Assembly (NCBI GenBank): GCA_017410245.1
Contig: JAFQRE010000044.1
Location: 40,014-104,013 of the forward strand
Source: Bacteroidaceae bacterium
Lineage (GTDB): Bacteria; Bacteroidota; Bacteroidia; Bacteroidales; Barnesiellaceae_A
Reading direction: 5' to 3'
Length of the DNA: 64,000 bases
Position 1 is the first letter of the stretch; each line of letters starts with the position of its first letter. The notes beneath the pieces are model-generated. The model worked only from the letters and a program-made list of their open reading frames with translations, was not told the origin of the DNA and did no database searches. The position numbers were made by a program, and so were the translations under genes. Positions 38,229 through 47,908 of this stretch are shown in pieces.

Positions 38229-39953
38229 ATGATAAGTAAATGGAACCACTTGCCCCTTACACCGGAACAAGACCTTATAAGCGCAACACTGGAGGAGAAA
38301 TACCCACAGTGCCCAACGATATGTAAGTTGCTTGCCCAACGAGGGGTAGCTTCTGCCGCCGAAACGGAGAAGTTTTTCAGGCCCCTTATGAGCGACCTGC
38401 ATGACCCTTTCTTGATGAGGGATATGCACAAGGCCGTCAATAGGCTCAACGCAGCCATTGGGGCTAAAGAGAAAATAATGATTTATGGCGACTACGACGT
38501 AGATGGTACTACTGCCGTAGCGTTGGTGTATCGATTTCTTCTCAACTACTATTCGGGTCTCGACTACTATATACCCGATAGATATGAGGAGGGATACGGC
38601 ATATCGACCAAAAGCATCGACTACGCTGCCGAACATGGTATAACGCTGATAATAACACTCGACTGTGGCATCAAGGCTGTCGAGCGTATAGCTTATGCAC
38701 GTAGCAAAGGTATAGATTTCATTATCTGCGACCACCATGTGCCCGATGCTCAACTACCCGATGCAACAGCCATACTCAACCCCAAATTGGAAGATGAGCC
38801 ATACCCCTACAAGCATCTGTCGGGCTGTGGTGTTGGCTACAAGTTCATGCAAGGCTTTGCTATCAGCAACGGACTCAACATAGCCAACGACCTGGAGCCT
38901 CTGCTCGACCTTGTGGCAGTGAGCATCGTATCGGATATAGTACCCATTACCGGCGAAAACCGCATACTGACACATCACGGATTGCGTCGCCTCAATAGCA
39001 ACCCCAGTGTTGGATTGAGAGCCATCATTCGTGTATGCCAACTTCACAACAAGAAAAACCTCAACATCAGCGACATCATCTTCAAGATAGGCCCTCGCAT
39101 CAATGCATCGGGTCGCATGCAATCGGGTAAGGAGGCAGTAGATCTGCTTGTATCGCGCGACTATAATGAGGCATACCACAAAAGCCGCGAGATAGACCAA
39201 TATAATGAAGATCGCAAAGAGCTCGACAAACGCATTACTGAAGAGGCCAACGTAATTCTACAAAACCACGTCGATGTTGCCAACCGCCGCTCTATTGTTG
39301 TGTATAACAAAGATTGGCACAAAGGCATCATAGGTATAGTTGCGTCACGTTTTACCGAGTTGTATTACCGTCCTGCAGTTGTGCTTACACTATCAGACGG
39401 ATTGGCTACAGGCTCGGCACGCTCGGTACAAGGTTTCGATATATACAAGGCTGTAGAATCTTGTCGCGACTTGCTCGAGAACTTCGGTGGTCACACTTAT
39501 GCTGTAGGCCTCTCTCTTAAAGAGGAGCACATACGCCAGTTTACCGAGAGATTTGAGAAATATGTATCGGAAAACATAGAACCGGCACAGATGATGCCCC
39601 AAATAGATATTGACACCGAGTTGAATTTCTCTGAGATTACCAACGATTTTGTAACACTTCTGAGACAGTTCAACCCCTTCGGACCGGGCAACAACAAGCC
39701 TACATTCTATACTCCTGCAGTATGCGACTATGGCACAAGCCGCCTGGTAGGCCGACAACAGGAGCATCTGAAACTTGAACTTGTAGATAGCAAATCGGGC
39801 CGAATACTCAACGCAATTGCATTCAACAAGAAGGAGTACTATGAGTATATAAAGAGTGGAAAGCCATTTGATATATGTTACACCATCGAGGATAATCAGC
39901 GCGGAGGCGATGACATACAACTACTCATTCGCGACATAAGGTGTTGCGAATAA
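38229..39953 (+). CDS. recJ: Single-stranded-DNA-specific exonuclease RecJ
   Basis: DHH motifs IYGDYDVDGTT, TLDCG, ICDHHVP; GGHxxAxG-like FGGHTYAVG. Confidence 0.9.
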   Translation: MISKWNHLPLTPEQDLISATLEEKYPQCPTICKLLAQRGVASAAETEKFFRPLMSDLHDPFLMRDMHKAVNRLNAAIGAKEKIMIYGDYDVDGTTAVALVYRFLLNYYSGLDYYIPDRYEEGYGISTKSIDYAAEHGITLIITLDCGIKAVERIAYARSKGIDFIICDHHVPDAQLPDATAILNPKLEDEPYPYKHLSGCGVGYKFMQGFAISNGLNIANDLEPLLDLVAVSIVSDIVPITGENRILTHHGLRRLNSNPSVGLRAIIRVCQLHNKKNLNISDIIFKIGPRINASGRMQSGKEAVDLLVSRDYNEAYHKSREIDQYNEDRKELDKRITEEANVILQNHVDVANRRSIVVYNKDWHKGIIGIVASRFTELYYRPAVVLTLSDGLATGSARSVQGFDIYKAVESCRDLLENFGGHTYAVGLSLKEEHIRQFTERFEKYVSENIEPAQMMPQIDIDTELNFSEITNDFVTLLRQFNPFGPGNNKPTFYTPAVCDYGTSRLVGRQQEHLKLELVDSKSGRILNAIAFNKKEYYEYIKSGKPFDICYTIEDNQRGGDDIQLLIRDIRCCE

Positions 39954-39979
39954 CGCCCCATTGCAACCCTATTATAACG

Positions 39980-40022
39980 ACAATGAGTAATGGAAGTTGA
40001 CAAGACAACCATTACTCATTGT
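39980..40022. terminator. Bidirectional hairpin terminator between recJ and rlmB
   Basis: Perfect 14-bp stem acaatgagtaatgg / ccattactcattgt with a 15-nt loop. Confidence 0.7.
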
Positions 40023-40044
40023 TATATATTGGGGGGATATTACA

Positions 40045-40779
40045 TCAACCTCTCTGACGTACTACCTCGTACATCATAACGCCGGCGGCTACCGACACAT
40101 TGAGCGAACCTATATTGCCACGCATGGGTATGGCTACCATCTCATCGCAATAACGCAACACAGCCGGCGACACGCCGGTATCCTCGGCACCCATGACAAT
40201 GGCTACCGGAGCGGTATAATCTACTTGTGTATAATTCTTATCGGACTTCTCCGAGGCTGCAACAATGGTAAAACCACTATCGTGCAGATACTTCACAGCC
40301 TCTTGTATGCTACGCTCACGACACACCGGCAATGTGTGCAATGCACCGGCCGATGTCTTTACGGCATCGGCATTGACCGACACACTGCCTCGAGCCGGAA
40401 TAACAATGGCGTGAGCACCCACACACTCGCAGGTACGAGCTATAGCTCCAAAGTTACGTACATCGGTCACACCATCGAGCAATACTACAAAAGGCACTTC
40501 ACCGGCCTCGTATAACTGGGGCACAAGCGCATCGAGTGTATAATATTCGACAGCCGACAGGAAAGCGACTACACCTTGGTGATTCTTGCGAGTAATGCGG
40601 TTGATGCGTTCTACCGGCACACGTTGTATGGGAGCTCCCACTTGACGGGCTGCAGCAAACAACTCTTGCGCCAAATCGCCTTGCAAGTCTTTCTTCACCA
40701 TTATCTTATCTATCTCTTTTCCGGCCTCTATCGCCTCTATAACAGCACGAATGCCAAAGATATAATCGCTTTTCTCCAT
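40045..40779 (-). CDS. rlmB: 23S rRNA (guanosine-2'-O)-methyltransferase, SpoU/TrmH family (RlmB-like)
   Basis: IFGIRAVIEAIEAG N-terminal domain, SpoU motifs LLDGVTDVRNFGAIART, VMGAEDTGVS, SLNVSVAAG. ATG 40779 is preferred over the listed 40830. Confidence 0.8.
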   Translation of the reverse strand: MEKSDYIFGIRAVIEAIEAGKEIDKIMVKKDLQGDLAQELFAAARQVGAPIQRVPVERINRITRKNHQGVVAFLSAVEYYTLDALVPQLYEAGEVPFVVLLDGVTDVRNFGAIARTCECVGAHAIVIPARGSVSVNADAVKTSAGALHTLPVCRERSIQEAVKYLHDSGFTIVAASEKSDKNYTQVDYTAPVAIVMGAEDTGVSPAVLRYCDEMVAIPMRGNIGSLNVSVAAGVMMYEVVRQRG

Positions 40780-40795
40780 AATATATAAGGGATTG

Positions 40796-42457
40796 TTAAT
40801 TGTCTTGTAATGATAATAATTCGCGAGCATTGTTGAGCGCAGCCTCGGTGAGCGTAGTACCGCTGAGCATACGCGCTATCTCCTCTACCCTCTCCTCTCG
40901 GTCGAGTTGCAGCAGATGAGTGCGACTGCTTATGCCACTATCGTCTTTATATACTCGATAGTGTGTACCACCCGTTGCTGCCACTTGGGGCAAATGTGTA
41001 ATGGCAATAACCTGCATATACTGCGACATATTGCGCATGATGCTACCCATGCGAGCGGCAATATCGCCCGACACGCCGGTGTCTATCTCATCAAAAATGA
41101 TGGTGGGCAGAGCCATCGCATCGGCTACGAGCGACTTCAAGCAGAGCATCAATCGTGAAATTTCACCACCCGATGCAACCTCGGCCACAGGTTTGGGAGT
41201 TTGGTTTTTATTGGCCGAGAAACGAATAATGACTTGCTCGGCTCCCATTTTATAATAGTCGCAGGGGACTATATCAATCACTATCTGCACATGAGGCATA
41301 CCCAAGGGGCGCATCTCCTCGGTAAGTCTTTGTGCAAAAAGCGTAGCTTGTTCACAACGTGTATCGGTAAGGCGCTTGGCAACATCGGCTCTAACCGACC
41401 GAGCCTCATCAAGTTCACGTTGCATGCGAGCTATCTCCTCATCGCTATTGTCAATAGTATTGAGTCGGGCTGCATACTCATCACGCAATGCTATCAACTC
41501 GGACACACTTCCTAAACGATGCTTTTGTTGCAAGCCATATATCGTATCGAGTCGCTCCTCGACCCTCGCCAGACGCTCCGGATCGACAGCGAGCGATTCG
41601 TTCCATTCATTAAACGTAGCACATATATCTTTAAGATCGATATACGCGCCCTCTATGCGCTCTATAATCTCACTCGAATCGGGGAAATAAGGTTGCAACG
41701 AACGCGACCTCGACACAGCCATATTGAGCCTCGATATGACACCCGCTTCATCGCTATCGAGAAGAGAGTTCACCTCGTAGAGTGTCTCTTTTATATCGCC
41801 AGCATGCGTGAGACGCTCTTGTTCGGCCTCAAGCTCCTCTTGCTCGCCATCTATAAGGCGTGCCTCCTGCAATTGCGCATATTGAAAACGGATATAGTCT
41901 TCATCGGCATGCGCCTCGGCAAGCCTCCGGCGAGCCATATCCAACTCACGCTCCAACTGACAACAACGCGCATGAGCCTCTTGATATGCTCCGAGTTCGT
42001 TCTCATTGTGAGCCATAACATCGAGCATTCGCATCTGAAAGCCACTATCGGCCAGCAATAAATTCTGGTGTTGCGAGTGTATATCGATGAGCCGGTCGCC
42101 CAACGTCTTGAGTTGCGACACCGTCACCGGTGTGTCGTTGATAAAAGCTCGCGACTTACCCGACGGGGCAATCTCACGTCGCACAATGCACTCGTCATCG
42201 TATTCGAGATCGTTCTCTTCAAAAAATGCGACCAAATGATATGGAGCAATGTCGAAAGTCCCTTCAACAACAGTTTTGGCCGACGCATCGGTAACGACCT
42301 TGCTATCGACACGCTGGCCGAGAATGAGCGACAAAGCACCCAATATAATAGATTTACCCGCACCGGTCTCTCCGGTTATTACCGAAAGTCCTTGCGCAAA
42401 GTCTATTTCAAGACTCTCTATAAGCGCATAATTGCGAATAACTAACTTTTTTATCAT
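40796..42457 (-). CDS. recN: DNA repair protein RecN
   Basis: Walker A GETGAGKSI, long coiled coil, signature SGGEISRLMLCLK, Walker B IIFDEIDTG. Confidence 0.9.
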   Translation of the reverse strand: MIKKLVIRNYALIESLEIDFAQGLSVITGETGAGKSIILGALSLILGQRVDSKVVTDASAKTVVEGTFDIAPYHLVAFFEENDLEYDDECIVRREIAPSGKSRAFINDTPVTVSQLKTLGDRLIDIHSQHQNLLLADSGFQMRMLDVMAHNENELGAYQEAHARCCQLERELDMARRRLAEAHADEDYIRFQYAQLQEARLIDGEQEELEAEQERLTHAGDIKETLYEVNSLLDSDEAGVISRLNMAVSRSRSLQPYFPDSSEIIERIEGAYIDLKDICATFNEWNESLAVDPERLARVEERLDTIYGLQQKHRLGSVSELIALRDEYAARLNTIDNSDEEIARMQRELDEARSVRADVAKRLTDTRCEQATLFAQRLTEEMRPLGMPHVQIVIDIVPCDYYKMGAEQVIIRFSANKNQTPKPVAEVASGGEISRLMLCLKSLVADAMALPTIIFDEIDTGVSGDIAARMGSIMRNMSQYMQVIAITHLPQVAATGGTHYRVYKDDSGISSRTHLLQLDREERVEEIARMLSGTTLTEAALNNARELLSLQDN

Positions 42458-42461
42458 AGAA

Positions 42462-43361
42462 TTATCGACTTTCCTCTTTTATTTTTTCAAGGATACGGCC
42501 TTCCGAAGGATAGATATCGATGAGCAAGTCATACATATCGGTTTTCTCTGTAGAACTTGCCTTGGAATATATATTGACTATCTCGTCAAACTTGGCCTCC
42601 TTAAACATCGGAAACAACACCGATGTGGTATTGTTTTTATACAATTCGGTAAGTACCGTCAAGGATTTACCCACTGTAGAACGAGCCTTCGCCACGCCCA
42701 GCACCATTTCATCAAGACCCTTGCGATGATAGTTGTACCACATTTCGCGGAAAGATTTGGTGGCAGGCTCGACAAAAGCCGATATAATAGCACTGCGATT
42801 GCGATTGTTGTCGAAAGCCTTCCAACCCGGCTCTTGTGTAGATTGGCCCAACTGTACCATTGAGCGTGCCATCTCAAAGAAAGGGTCTCCGCCATAGAGT
42901 ATAAAGCTATCGAAATCGATTCCCAATATCAAGAAGGCATAGAAGTTGAGAATACATGTGAGGTTGTTCTCATAGGTAGTTGTAGAGAAAACAAGTGGAT
43001 CGTACTCTTTGTAGTCAAACTCTACCTCGTTATCCTGAAAGTTGATGAGCGTAGTTGTATATGAACTGTTATATACAGGGCGACGCGATTGCACTTGCAA
43101 TTGACACACAAAACGTTCGTCGGCATACTCCGACACAATGAGTTGCAACGTACACTCAATGCGCTCTTGCGGCGACAATTGTACCGAGGTAAACTTCGTA
43201 TCGTTCATATACTCGGTTATAGCCGTCTGCAATGTATTGAACACTTCCTTGTTGGTACCTTGTATCTTGTCGCTATTGACCACTACACGACAATTGAGTT
43301 CTTGAGCCACCACAACAAGCGATAGCAACGGAAGGAGGAGTGCCAAAATATAACGTTTCAT
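42462..43361 (-). CDS. DUF4835-family secreted protein (conserved between coaBC and recN in Bacteroidota)
   Basis: Signal peptide MKRYILALLLPLLSLVVVAQE. The family assignment comes from the remembered conserved neighbourhood and sequence character. ATG 43361 is preferred over the listed 43409. Confidence 0.55.
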   Translation of the reverse strand: MKRYILALLLPLLSLVVVAQELNCRVVVNSDKIQGTNKEVFNTLQTAITEYMNDTKFTSVQLSPQERIECTLQLIVSEYADERFVCQLQVQSRRPVYNSSYTTTLINFQDNEVEFDYKEYDPLVFSTTTYENNLTCILNFYAFLILGIDFDSFILYGGDPFFEMARSMVQLGQSTQEPGWKAFDNNRNRSAIISAFVEPATKSFREMWYNYHRKGLDEMVLGVAKARSTVGKSLTVLTELYKNNTTSVLFPMFKEAKFDEIVNIYSKASSTEKTDMYDLLIDIYPSEGRILEKIKEESR

Positions 43362-43371
43362 AAATATGCTC

Positions 43372-44580
43372 TTACTTTCTATTGATATACTCGGCCAATT
43401 TTTCAACAATATCTTTGGCTACCTCGGCCTTCGACTTGCAAGGATAGTCGGTTGAAATGCCATCACGCTCGATGATTGTAACTTTATTGGTATCGCAACG
43501 AAATCCTGCACCGGGATCTTGCAACGAATTGAGGACAATAAAATCGAGATTTTTCTTCTCCAATTTACTCTGGGCATTTACCTCCTCATTATTGGTTTCG
43601 AGAGCAAAACCCACCAAACATTGGTCGTCACGTTTTATAGCACCCACAGCTGCAGCAATGTCGCGATTGGGGACAAGTTGCAACGTCATATCATCGGCCG
43701 AACGTTTCATCTTCTCGGGGCAACATGTGGCAGGTTTATAATCGGCCACAGCAGCACACATAATGGCCGCATTGTGATGCCCAAACTCCGATACAACAGC
43801 ATCATACATTTCATCGGCACTCTCTACATCGATGCGACGAATAGCAGGGTGGACGGTCTTGAGTGATACCGGGCCGGCTACAAGAGTTACATCGGCTCCG
43901 GCCTTGGCACAAGCCTCAGCTATTGCAAATCCCATCTTACCCGACGAATAGTTACCTATGAAGCGCACCGGATCGAGTTTTTCATAAGTAGGGCCGGCAG
44001 TTATCATAACTTTCTTACCCGCCAAAACCTGCTTCTGGGCAAAAAACTCTTCAATAATGGCCACAATACGGTCGGGCTCTTCCATTCGACCTTTACCCTC
44101 CAGATGGCTTGCCAACTCGCCCGATGTAGGTTCTATAATATAATTTCCATAAGAACGCAACATATCGAGATTGTGCTGAGTTGAGGGGTGAGCAAACATA
44201 TCTAAGTCCATAGCCGGAGCAACAAATACAGGCGCCTTGGCCGACAAATATGTAGTAATGAGCATATTATCGGCAATACCATGAACCATCTTGCCTATTG
44301 TCGATGCCGTAGCAGGAGCTATCACCATCACATCGGCCCACAAGCCCAAATCGACATGGCTATGCCAAGTACCATCGTTGGCAGTAAAAAATTCGCTAAC
44401 AACAGGCTTGCCACTCAATGCCGAGAGTGTAACCGGTGTAATAAACTCTTTTCCGGCAGGAGTAATCACCACCTGCACTTCGGCTCCTTTTTTTACAAAA
44501 GCGCGAAGCAAATAGGCTGCTTTATATGCAGCTATACTACCGGTTATACCCAGTACGATATGTTTTCCTTTGAGCGACAT
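43372..44580 (-). CDS. coaBC: Bifunctional phosphopantothenoylcysteine decarboxylase / phosphopantothenate-cysteine ligase
   Basis: KHIVLGITGSIAAYK flavoprotein N-terminus, ITAGPTYEKLDPVRFIGNYSSGKMG ligase motif. ATG 44580 is preferred. Confidence 0.9.
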   Translation of the reverse strand: MSLKGKHIVLGITGSIAAYKAAYLLRAFVKKGAEVQVVITPAGKEFITPVTLSALSGKPVVSEFFTANDGTWHSHVDLGLWADVMVIAPATASTIGKMVHGIADNMLITTYLSAKAPVFVAPAMDLDMFAHPSTQHNLDMLRSYGNYIIEPTSGELASHLEGKGRMEEPDRIVAIIEEFFAQKQVLAGKKVMITAGPTYEKLDPVRFIGNYSSGKMGFAIAEACAKAGADVTLVAGPVSLKTVHPAIRRIDVESADEMYDAVVSEFGHHNAAIMCAAVADYKPATCCPEKMKRSADDMTLQLVPNRDIAAAVGAIKRDDQCLVGFALETNNEEVNAQSKLEKKNLDFIVLNSLQDPGAGFRCDTNKVTIIERDGISTDYPCKSKAEVAKDIVEKLAEYINRK

Positions 44581-44584
44581 AATA

Positions 44585-45364
44585 TTATTTGTGAGTATTG
44601 TTATTGAGGCCACGAAGGCGTATGCGAGTTATTACATTCTTGGTATTCAATGGGAAATCGCCTTGCATAATCCAGCTATAATAGCCCGAGTCGCGCATCA
44701 TCACTTCGGCAACAGGCATACCCTTATATTTACCAAAGTTGAATACCTCTACATTCTTGTCGTTGTATATAATGCGACCTGCAAAATCGACATTGCGATT
44801 TTGCGTCGAAAATTTCGACAAAAATTCTATATCGTTCTGCAACGAATTGTAACGATCGAGTTGAGCTTTCAACACCTCGTATGTAGCTCGAGTATCGGCA
44901 TCGGCCGAGTGTGCACCGTCCAACTCTTTGCCACAATAGAAAAGGTAGGCAGCCGAGAGTGTGCGTTGCTCCATTTTGTGGAAGATTGTTTGCACATCAA
45001 CAAAACGGCACTTTGACAAGTCTATATTGACACCTACACGCAAGAACTCCTCGACAAGCAGAGGTACATCGAAGCGATTGCTATTAAATCCGGCAATATC
45101 GACATCGGTAAATACCGCAGCCAAATCTCGCGCTACTTGCTCAAATCGTGGAGCATCGGCAACATCGGCATCTGAGATATGATGCACTGCAGTAGCCTCG
45201 GCAGGTATGGGGCGACCGGGATTGATGCGCAAGGTGCGACTCTCCTCTCGACCATCGGGATATACCTTTATGTAAGACAACTCTACAATGCGATCGTCTG
45301 TAATATTGGTACCCGTAGTCTCAAGGTCGAAGAATACGATGGGTTTTACAAGCTTTAGTTCCAT
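44585..45364 (-). CDS. DEDDh 3'-5' exonuclease (DnaQ/Pol III epsilon-like)
   Basis: Exo motifs VFFDLETTG, GFNSNRFDVPLL, HSADADTRAT. Confidence 0.8.
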   Translation of the reverse strand: MELKLVKPIVFFDLETTGTNITDDRIVELSYIKVYPDGREESRTLRINPGRPIPAEATAVHHISDADVADAPRFEQVARDLAAVFTDVDIAGFNSNRFDVPLLVEEFLRVGVNIDLSKCRFVDVQTIFHKMEQRTLSAAYLFYCGKELDGAHSADADTRATYEVLKAQLDRYNSLQNDIEFLSKFSTQNRNVDFAGRIIYNDKNVEVFNFGKYKGMPVAEVMMRDSGYYSWIMQGDFPLNTKNVITRIRLRGLNNNTHK

Positions 45365-45375
45365 CTCGGTCGAAA

Positions 45376-46500
45376 TTATTTATTGAGCAACATGGGCATG
45401 AGAAGCATAAGTAACTCTTCGTTCTCATCGTTCTCAAGCGGGCAGATAACTCCGGCACGACTTGCATCGGAAAGCGATACGGTTACTTCGTCCGATTGTA
45501 TTGTATTGAATACTTCGATAAGCTTGGGTGCATTGAAACCGATAGTAAAGGGTGTACCCGAATAGTTGCACTCGACAGTCTCTGTTGCCGAGATTGAGTA
45601 ATCAATATTTTGGGTAGAAACCACCATGTGACGATCGTCAAACGCAAGTTCTATAAGACCGAGAGCCTGATCGGAGAATACCGATACACGACGCAATACG
45701 TTGACAAAGAGTGCGCGATCGATAGTGAGCACATTGGGACTGTTTTGCGGAATTACCGAGTTGTAGTTGGGATAGTTGCCTTCAATGAGACGACAAGTAA
45801 GCACAAAATTAGAGAGTGTGAAACGCGCGCTCTTCTCATCGAAGTTGATAGTCACCTCACCACTCTCCTTGGGCAAAATAGTCTTGAGGAGTGTAGCAGG
45901 CTTCTTAGGCAATATAAACGAAGCACGAATGCCGGCTTGAATAGAGAGCTCGCGGAAACGCACCAACTTGTGTATATCGGAGGCTACAAATGCTACGTTA
46001 TCGGGATAGATATCGAAATAGATACCATTCATAATGGGACGATAAGTATCGTCGGCTGTAGCAAATAGTGTATAGCCAATGCCTTTGAGCAGACGTTCGG
46101 CGGGCATGGTTACAGCTGCAGCATCATCGTTCAAAGGTCGAGCTTGAGGATACTCGCTACCATTGACTCCCATAAGGTTGAAATGACCATTTTGGTACTT
46201 AATGAATATTTCAAGATTGTCATCGTTGATTTCAAACTCAAGAGGTTGTTCGGGAAGTTCTTTTAAGGGATCGAGCAAGATTTTGGCCGATACAGCAAAG
46301 CAACCATTTCCCTCTGCCTCTATTACATCTATAGTGGTTGTCATGGTTGTCTCTTGATCTGACGCTGTCACTACAAGACTGTTTCCGTTCAACTCAAAAA
46401 GGAAATTCTCAAGAATAGCCATTGAGTTCTTGGAGTTGATAACTCGACTGATAATCTGCAGATGCGAAAGCAGAGCTGTACTTGATACGATAAATTTCAT
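45376..46500 (-). CDS. dnaN: DNA polymerase III beta sliding clamp
   Basis: 374 aa, MKFIVSSTALLSHLQIISRVI N-terminus, C-terminal LLMPMLLN typical of beta clamps. Confidence 0.9.
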   Translation of the reverse strand: MKFIVSSTALLSHLQIISRVINSKNSMAILENFLFELNGNSLVVTASDQETTMTTTIDVIEAEGNGCFAVSAKILLDPLKELPEQPLEFEINDDNLEIFIKYQNGHFNLMGVNGSEYPQARPLNDDAAAVTMPAERLLKGIGYTLFATADDTYRPIMNGIYFDIYPDNVAFVASDIHKLVRFRELSIQAGIRASFILPKKPATLLKTILPKESGEVTINFDEKSARFTLSNFVLTCRLIEGNYPNYNSVIPQNSPNVLTIDRALFVNVLRRVSVFSDQALGLIELAFDDRHMVVSTQNIDYSISATETVECNYSGTPFTIGFNAPKLIEVFNTIQSDEVTVSLSDASRAGVICPLENDENEELLMLLMPMLLNK

Positions 46501-46626
46501 AGTTGTATATTTTTTTGTTTATTATTCGATATTTTATATCTCTATCGCCGCATTGCAAGCGATAGCTTTAACATACAAAAATAGACAAAAAATTTGATAC
46601 AACATAGTATTACGACGAAAATTTAC

Positions 46627-46634
46627 TACATTTG
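46627..46634 (+). promoter_or_regulatory. Bacteroidota -7 promoter box
   Basis: TACATTTG ends only 4 nt before ATG 46639. Confidence 0.4.
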
Positions 46635-46638
46635 TATC

Positions 46639-47274
46639 ATGAGTCGAAAGATGCACATTACTAGCCGTATAACAGCCATTGCACTACTCTCTCTTGGTAT
46701 TGCAGCAAGTTGTATAATGCACCTATCGAATGTCGGCAAAGAGAACAAGGCCTACTCCACGGCCACGCCATTGCTATACATAGCAGCTCCTCACAATGCT
46801 TCCATCATTACTACCGCCAATACAATACAGCCACTCATCAACACACACATCTGCAAAGAGCCCCTATTAAACGCACTGACTACAACCCAACATCGCACCG
46901 CGAGAGACTACTGCGTTGCATCATACCACAACGAAACATGGGCATCGTGGTGCGCCATTCACCCCAAGGAAGAGAGCGCTATCATAAAGAGATTTATTGA
47001 AATATACAGCAACGGTCACACTCCCGTTACAGAACAGCTATCGACAGGAAAGATTTTGCATATAGCCACAGAGGAGAATAGATTTCTACATATCTTCACT
47101 CAGCCCGGCATCATTGGTTGTAGCACAGAAATATCACTTTTAACACAACATGCCAACGACAGCACACTGTTGCACGCAGCGCAAAAGTCTTTAAAAGAGG
47201 GGGCACATGAAGTGATACTTCGCCACGACAACAATAGCTGGCACACCTATCAAGCAGTCCCCAACACACCATAA
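46639..47274 (+). CDS. Hypothetical lipoprotein
   Basis: Signal/lipobox-like ITAIALLSLGIAASC. No recognisable domain. The start is uncertain (46639 or 46651). Confidence 0.5.
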   Translation: MSRKMHITSRITAIALLSLGIAASCIMHLSNVGKENKAYSTATPLLYIAAPHNASIITTANTIQPLINTHICKEPLLNALTTTQHRTARDYCVASYHNETWASWCAIHPKEESAIIKRFIEIYSNGHTPVTEQLSTGKILHIATEENRFLHIFTQPGIIGCSTEISLLTQHANDSTLLHAAQKSLKEGAHEVILRHDNNSWHTYQAVPNTP

Positions 47275-47320
47275 CCCACACCCCGCCATTGCGCAAATCA
47301 TCACAAAAAGAAAATAAAAA

Positions 47321-47349
47321 AAGCGAAACTGTTTTTCAACAGTCTCGCT
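47321..47349. terminator. Bidirectional hairpin terminator (lipoprotein gene on +, tRNA cluster on -)
   Basis: aagcgaaactg / cagtctcgctt (11 bp, one mismatch), flanked by an A-run upstream and a T-rich tract downstream. Confidence 0.65.
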
Positions 47350-47355
47350 TTCTTG

Positions 47356-47439
47356 TGTCCGAGATGAGATTCGAACTCACACAGGCCTACGCCCACTACC
47401 CCCTCAAAGTAGCGTGTCTACCAATTCCACCACCCGGAC
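47356..47439 (-). tRNA. tRNA-Leu(GAG)
   Basis: The reverse complement folds as a type II tRNA: acceptor GTCCGGG/CTCGGAC, anticodon loop TT-GAG-GG, long variable arm, T-arm GTGAG-TTCGAAT-CTCAT. 84 nt. Confidence 0.85.
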
Positions 47440-47478
47440 AAGTATCTCTATCATTCACCATGAAAGTGATAGGCTGAG

Positions 47479-47562
47479 TGCCCAAAACAGGACTCGAACC
47501 TGCACGACCTTTCAATCACTAGAACCTGAAACTAGCGCGTCTACCAATTCCGCCACTTGGGC
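47479..47562 (-). tRNA. tRNA-Leu(CAG)
   Basis: Reverse complement: acceptor GCCCAAG/TTTGGGC, D-arm GCGG-AATTGGTAGA-CGCG, anticodon loop TT-CAG-GT, long variable arm. 84 nt. Confidence 0.85.
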
Positions 47563-47591
47563 TCTGAGACTCGCGTCACTCACATAGTGAG

Positions 47592-47664
47592 AGCGAAAGA
47601 CGGGACTCGAACCCGCGACCCTAACCTTGGCAAGGTTATGCTCTACCAACTGAGCTACTTTCGC
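47592..47664 (-). tRNA. tRNA-Gly(GCC), copy 1
   Basis: Reverse complement GCGAAAG-TA-GCTC-AGTTGGTA-GAGC-A-TAACC-TTGCCAA-GGTTA-GGGTC-GCGGG-TTCGAGT-CCCGT-CTTTCGC-T. 73 nt. Confidence 0.9.
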
Positions 47665-47713
47665 AAAAAAGTTGTCAAATTATTTGGTCAAATACTCTCG
47701 CTTGAGTAAGTTG

Positions 47714-47786
47714 AGCGAAAGACGGGACTCGAACCCGCGACCCTAACCTTGGCAAGGTTATGCTCTACCAACTGAGCTACTTTCGC
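47714..47786 (-). tRNA. tRNA-Gly(GCC), copy 2
   Basis: Identical 73-nt sequence to copy 1. Confidence 0.9.
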
Positions 47787-47797
47787 GATTGCGGTTG

Positions 47798-47805
47798 CAA
47801 AGATA
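47798..47805 (-). promoter_or_regulatory. Bacteroidota -7 promoter box for the tRNA-Gly/Leu cluster
   Basis: The minus strand reads TATCTTTG just upstream of the first tRNA-Gly 5' end (47786). Confidence 0.55.
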
Positions 47806-47908
47806 AGACAAGTTTTCGGTTTACGCAAATCTAAATCACACTTTTTTCATTATTTTTTCAATAAAATTTTGCTATCTACTGATTATAAACATTTTAGAAA
47901 GCAAAAAA

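Noticed and set aside
37942-38232. 96-codon ORF in the sod-recJ intergenic region
   Set aside because: It has a non-ATG start, an Arg/Lys-rich composition atypical of the neighbouring genes, and it runs into the recJ start. The region is treated instead as a possible structured leader or sRNA.
39997-40515. 172-codon + strand ORF opposite rlmB
   Set aside because: It is antisense to a gene with clear SpoU methyltransferase motifs, and it begins inside the recJ/rlmB terminator hairpin region.
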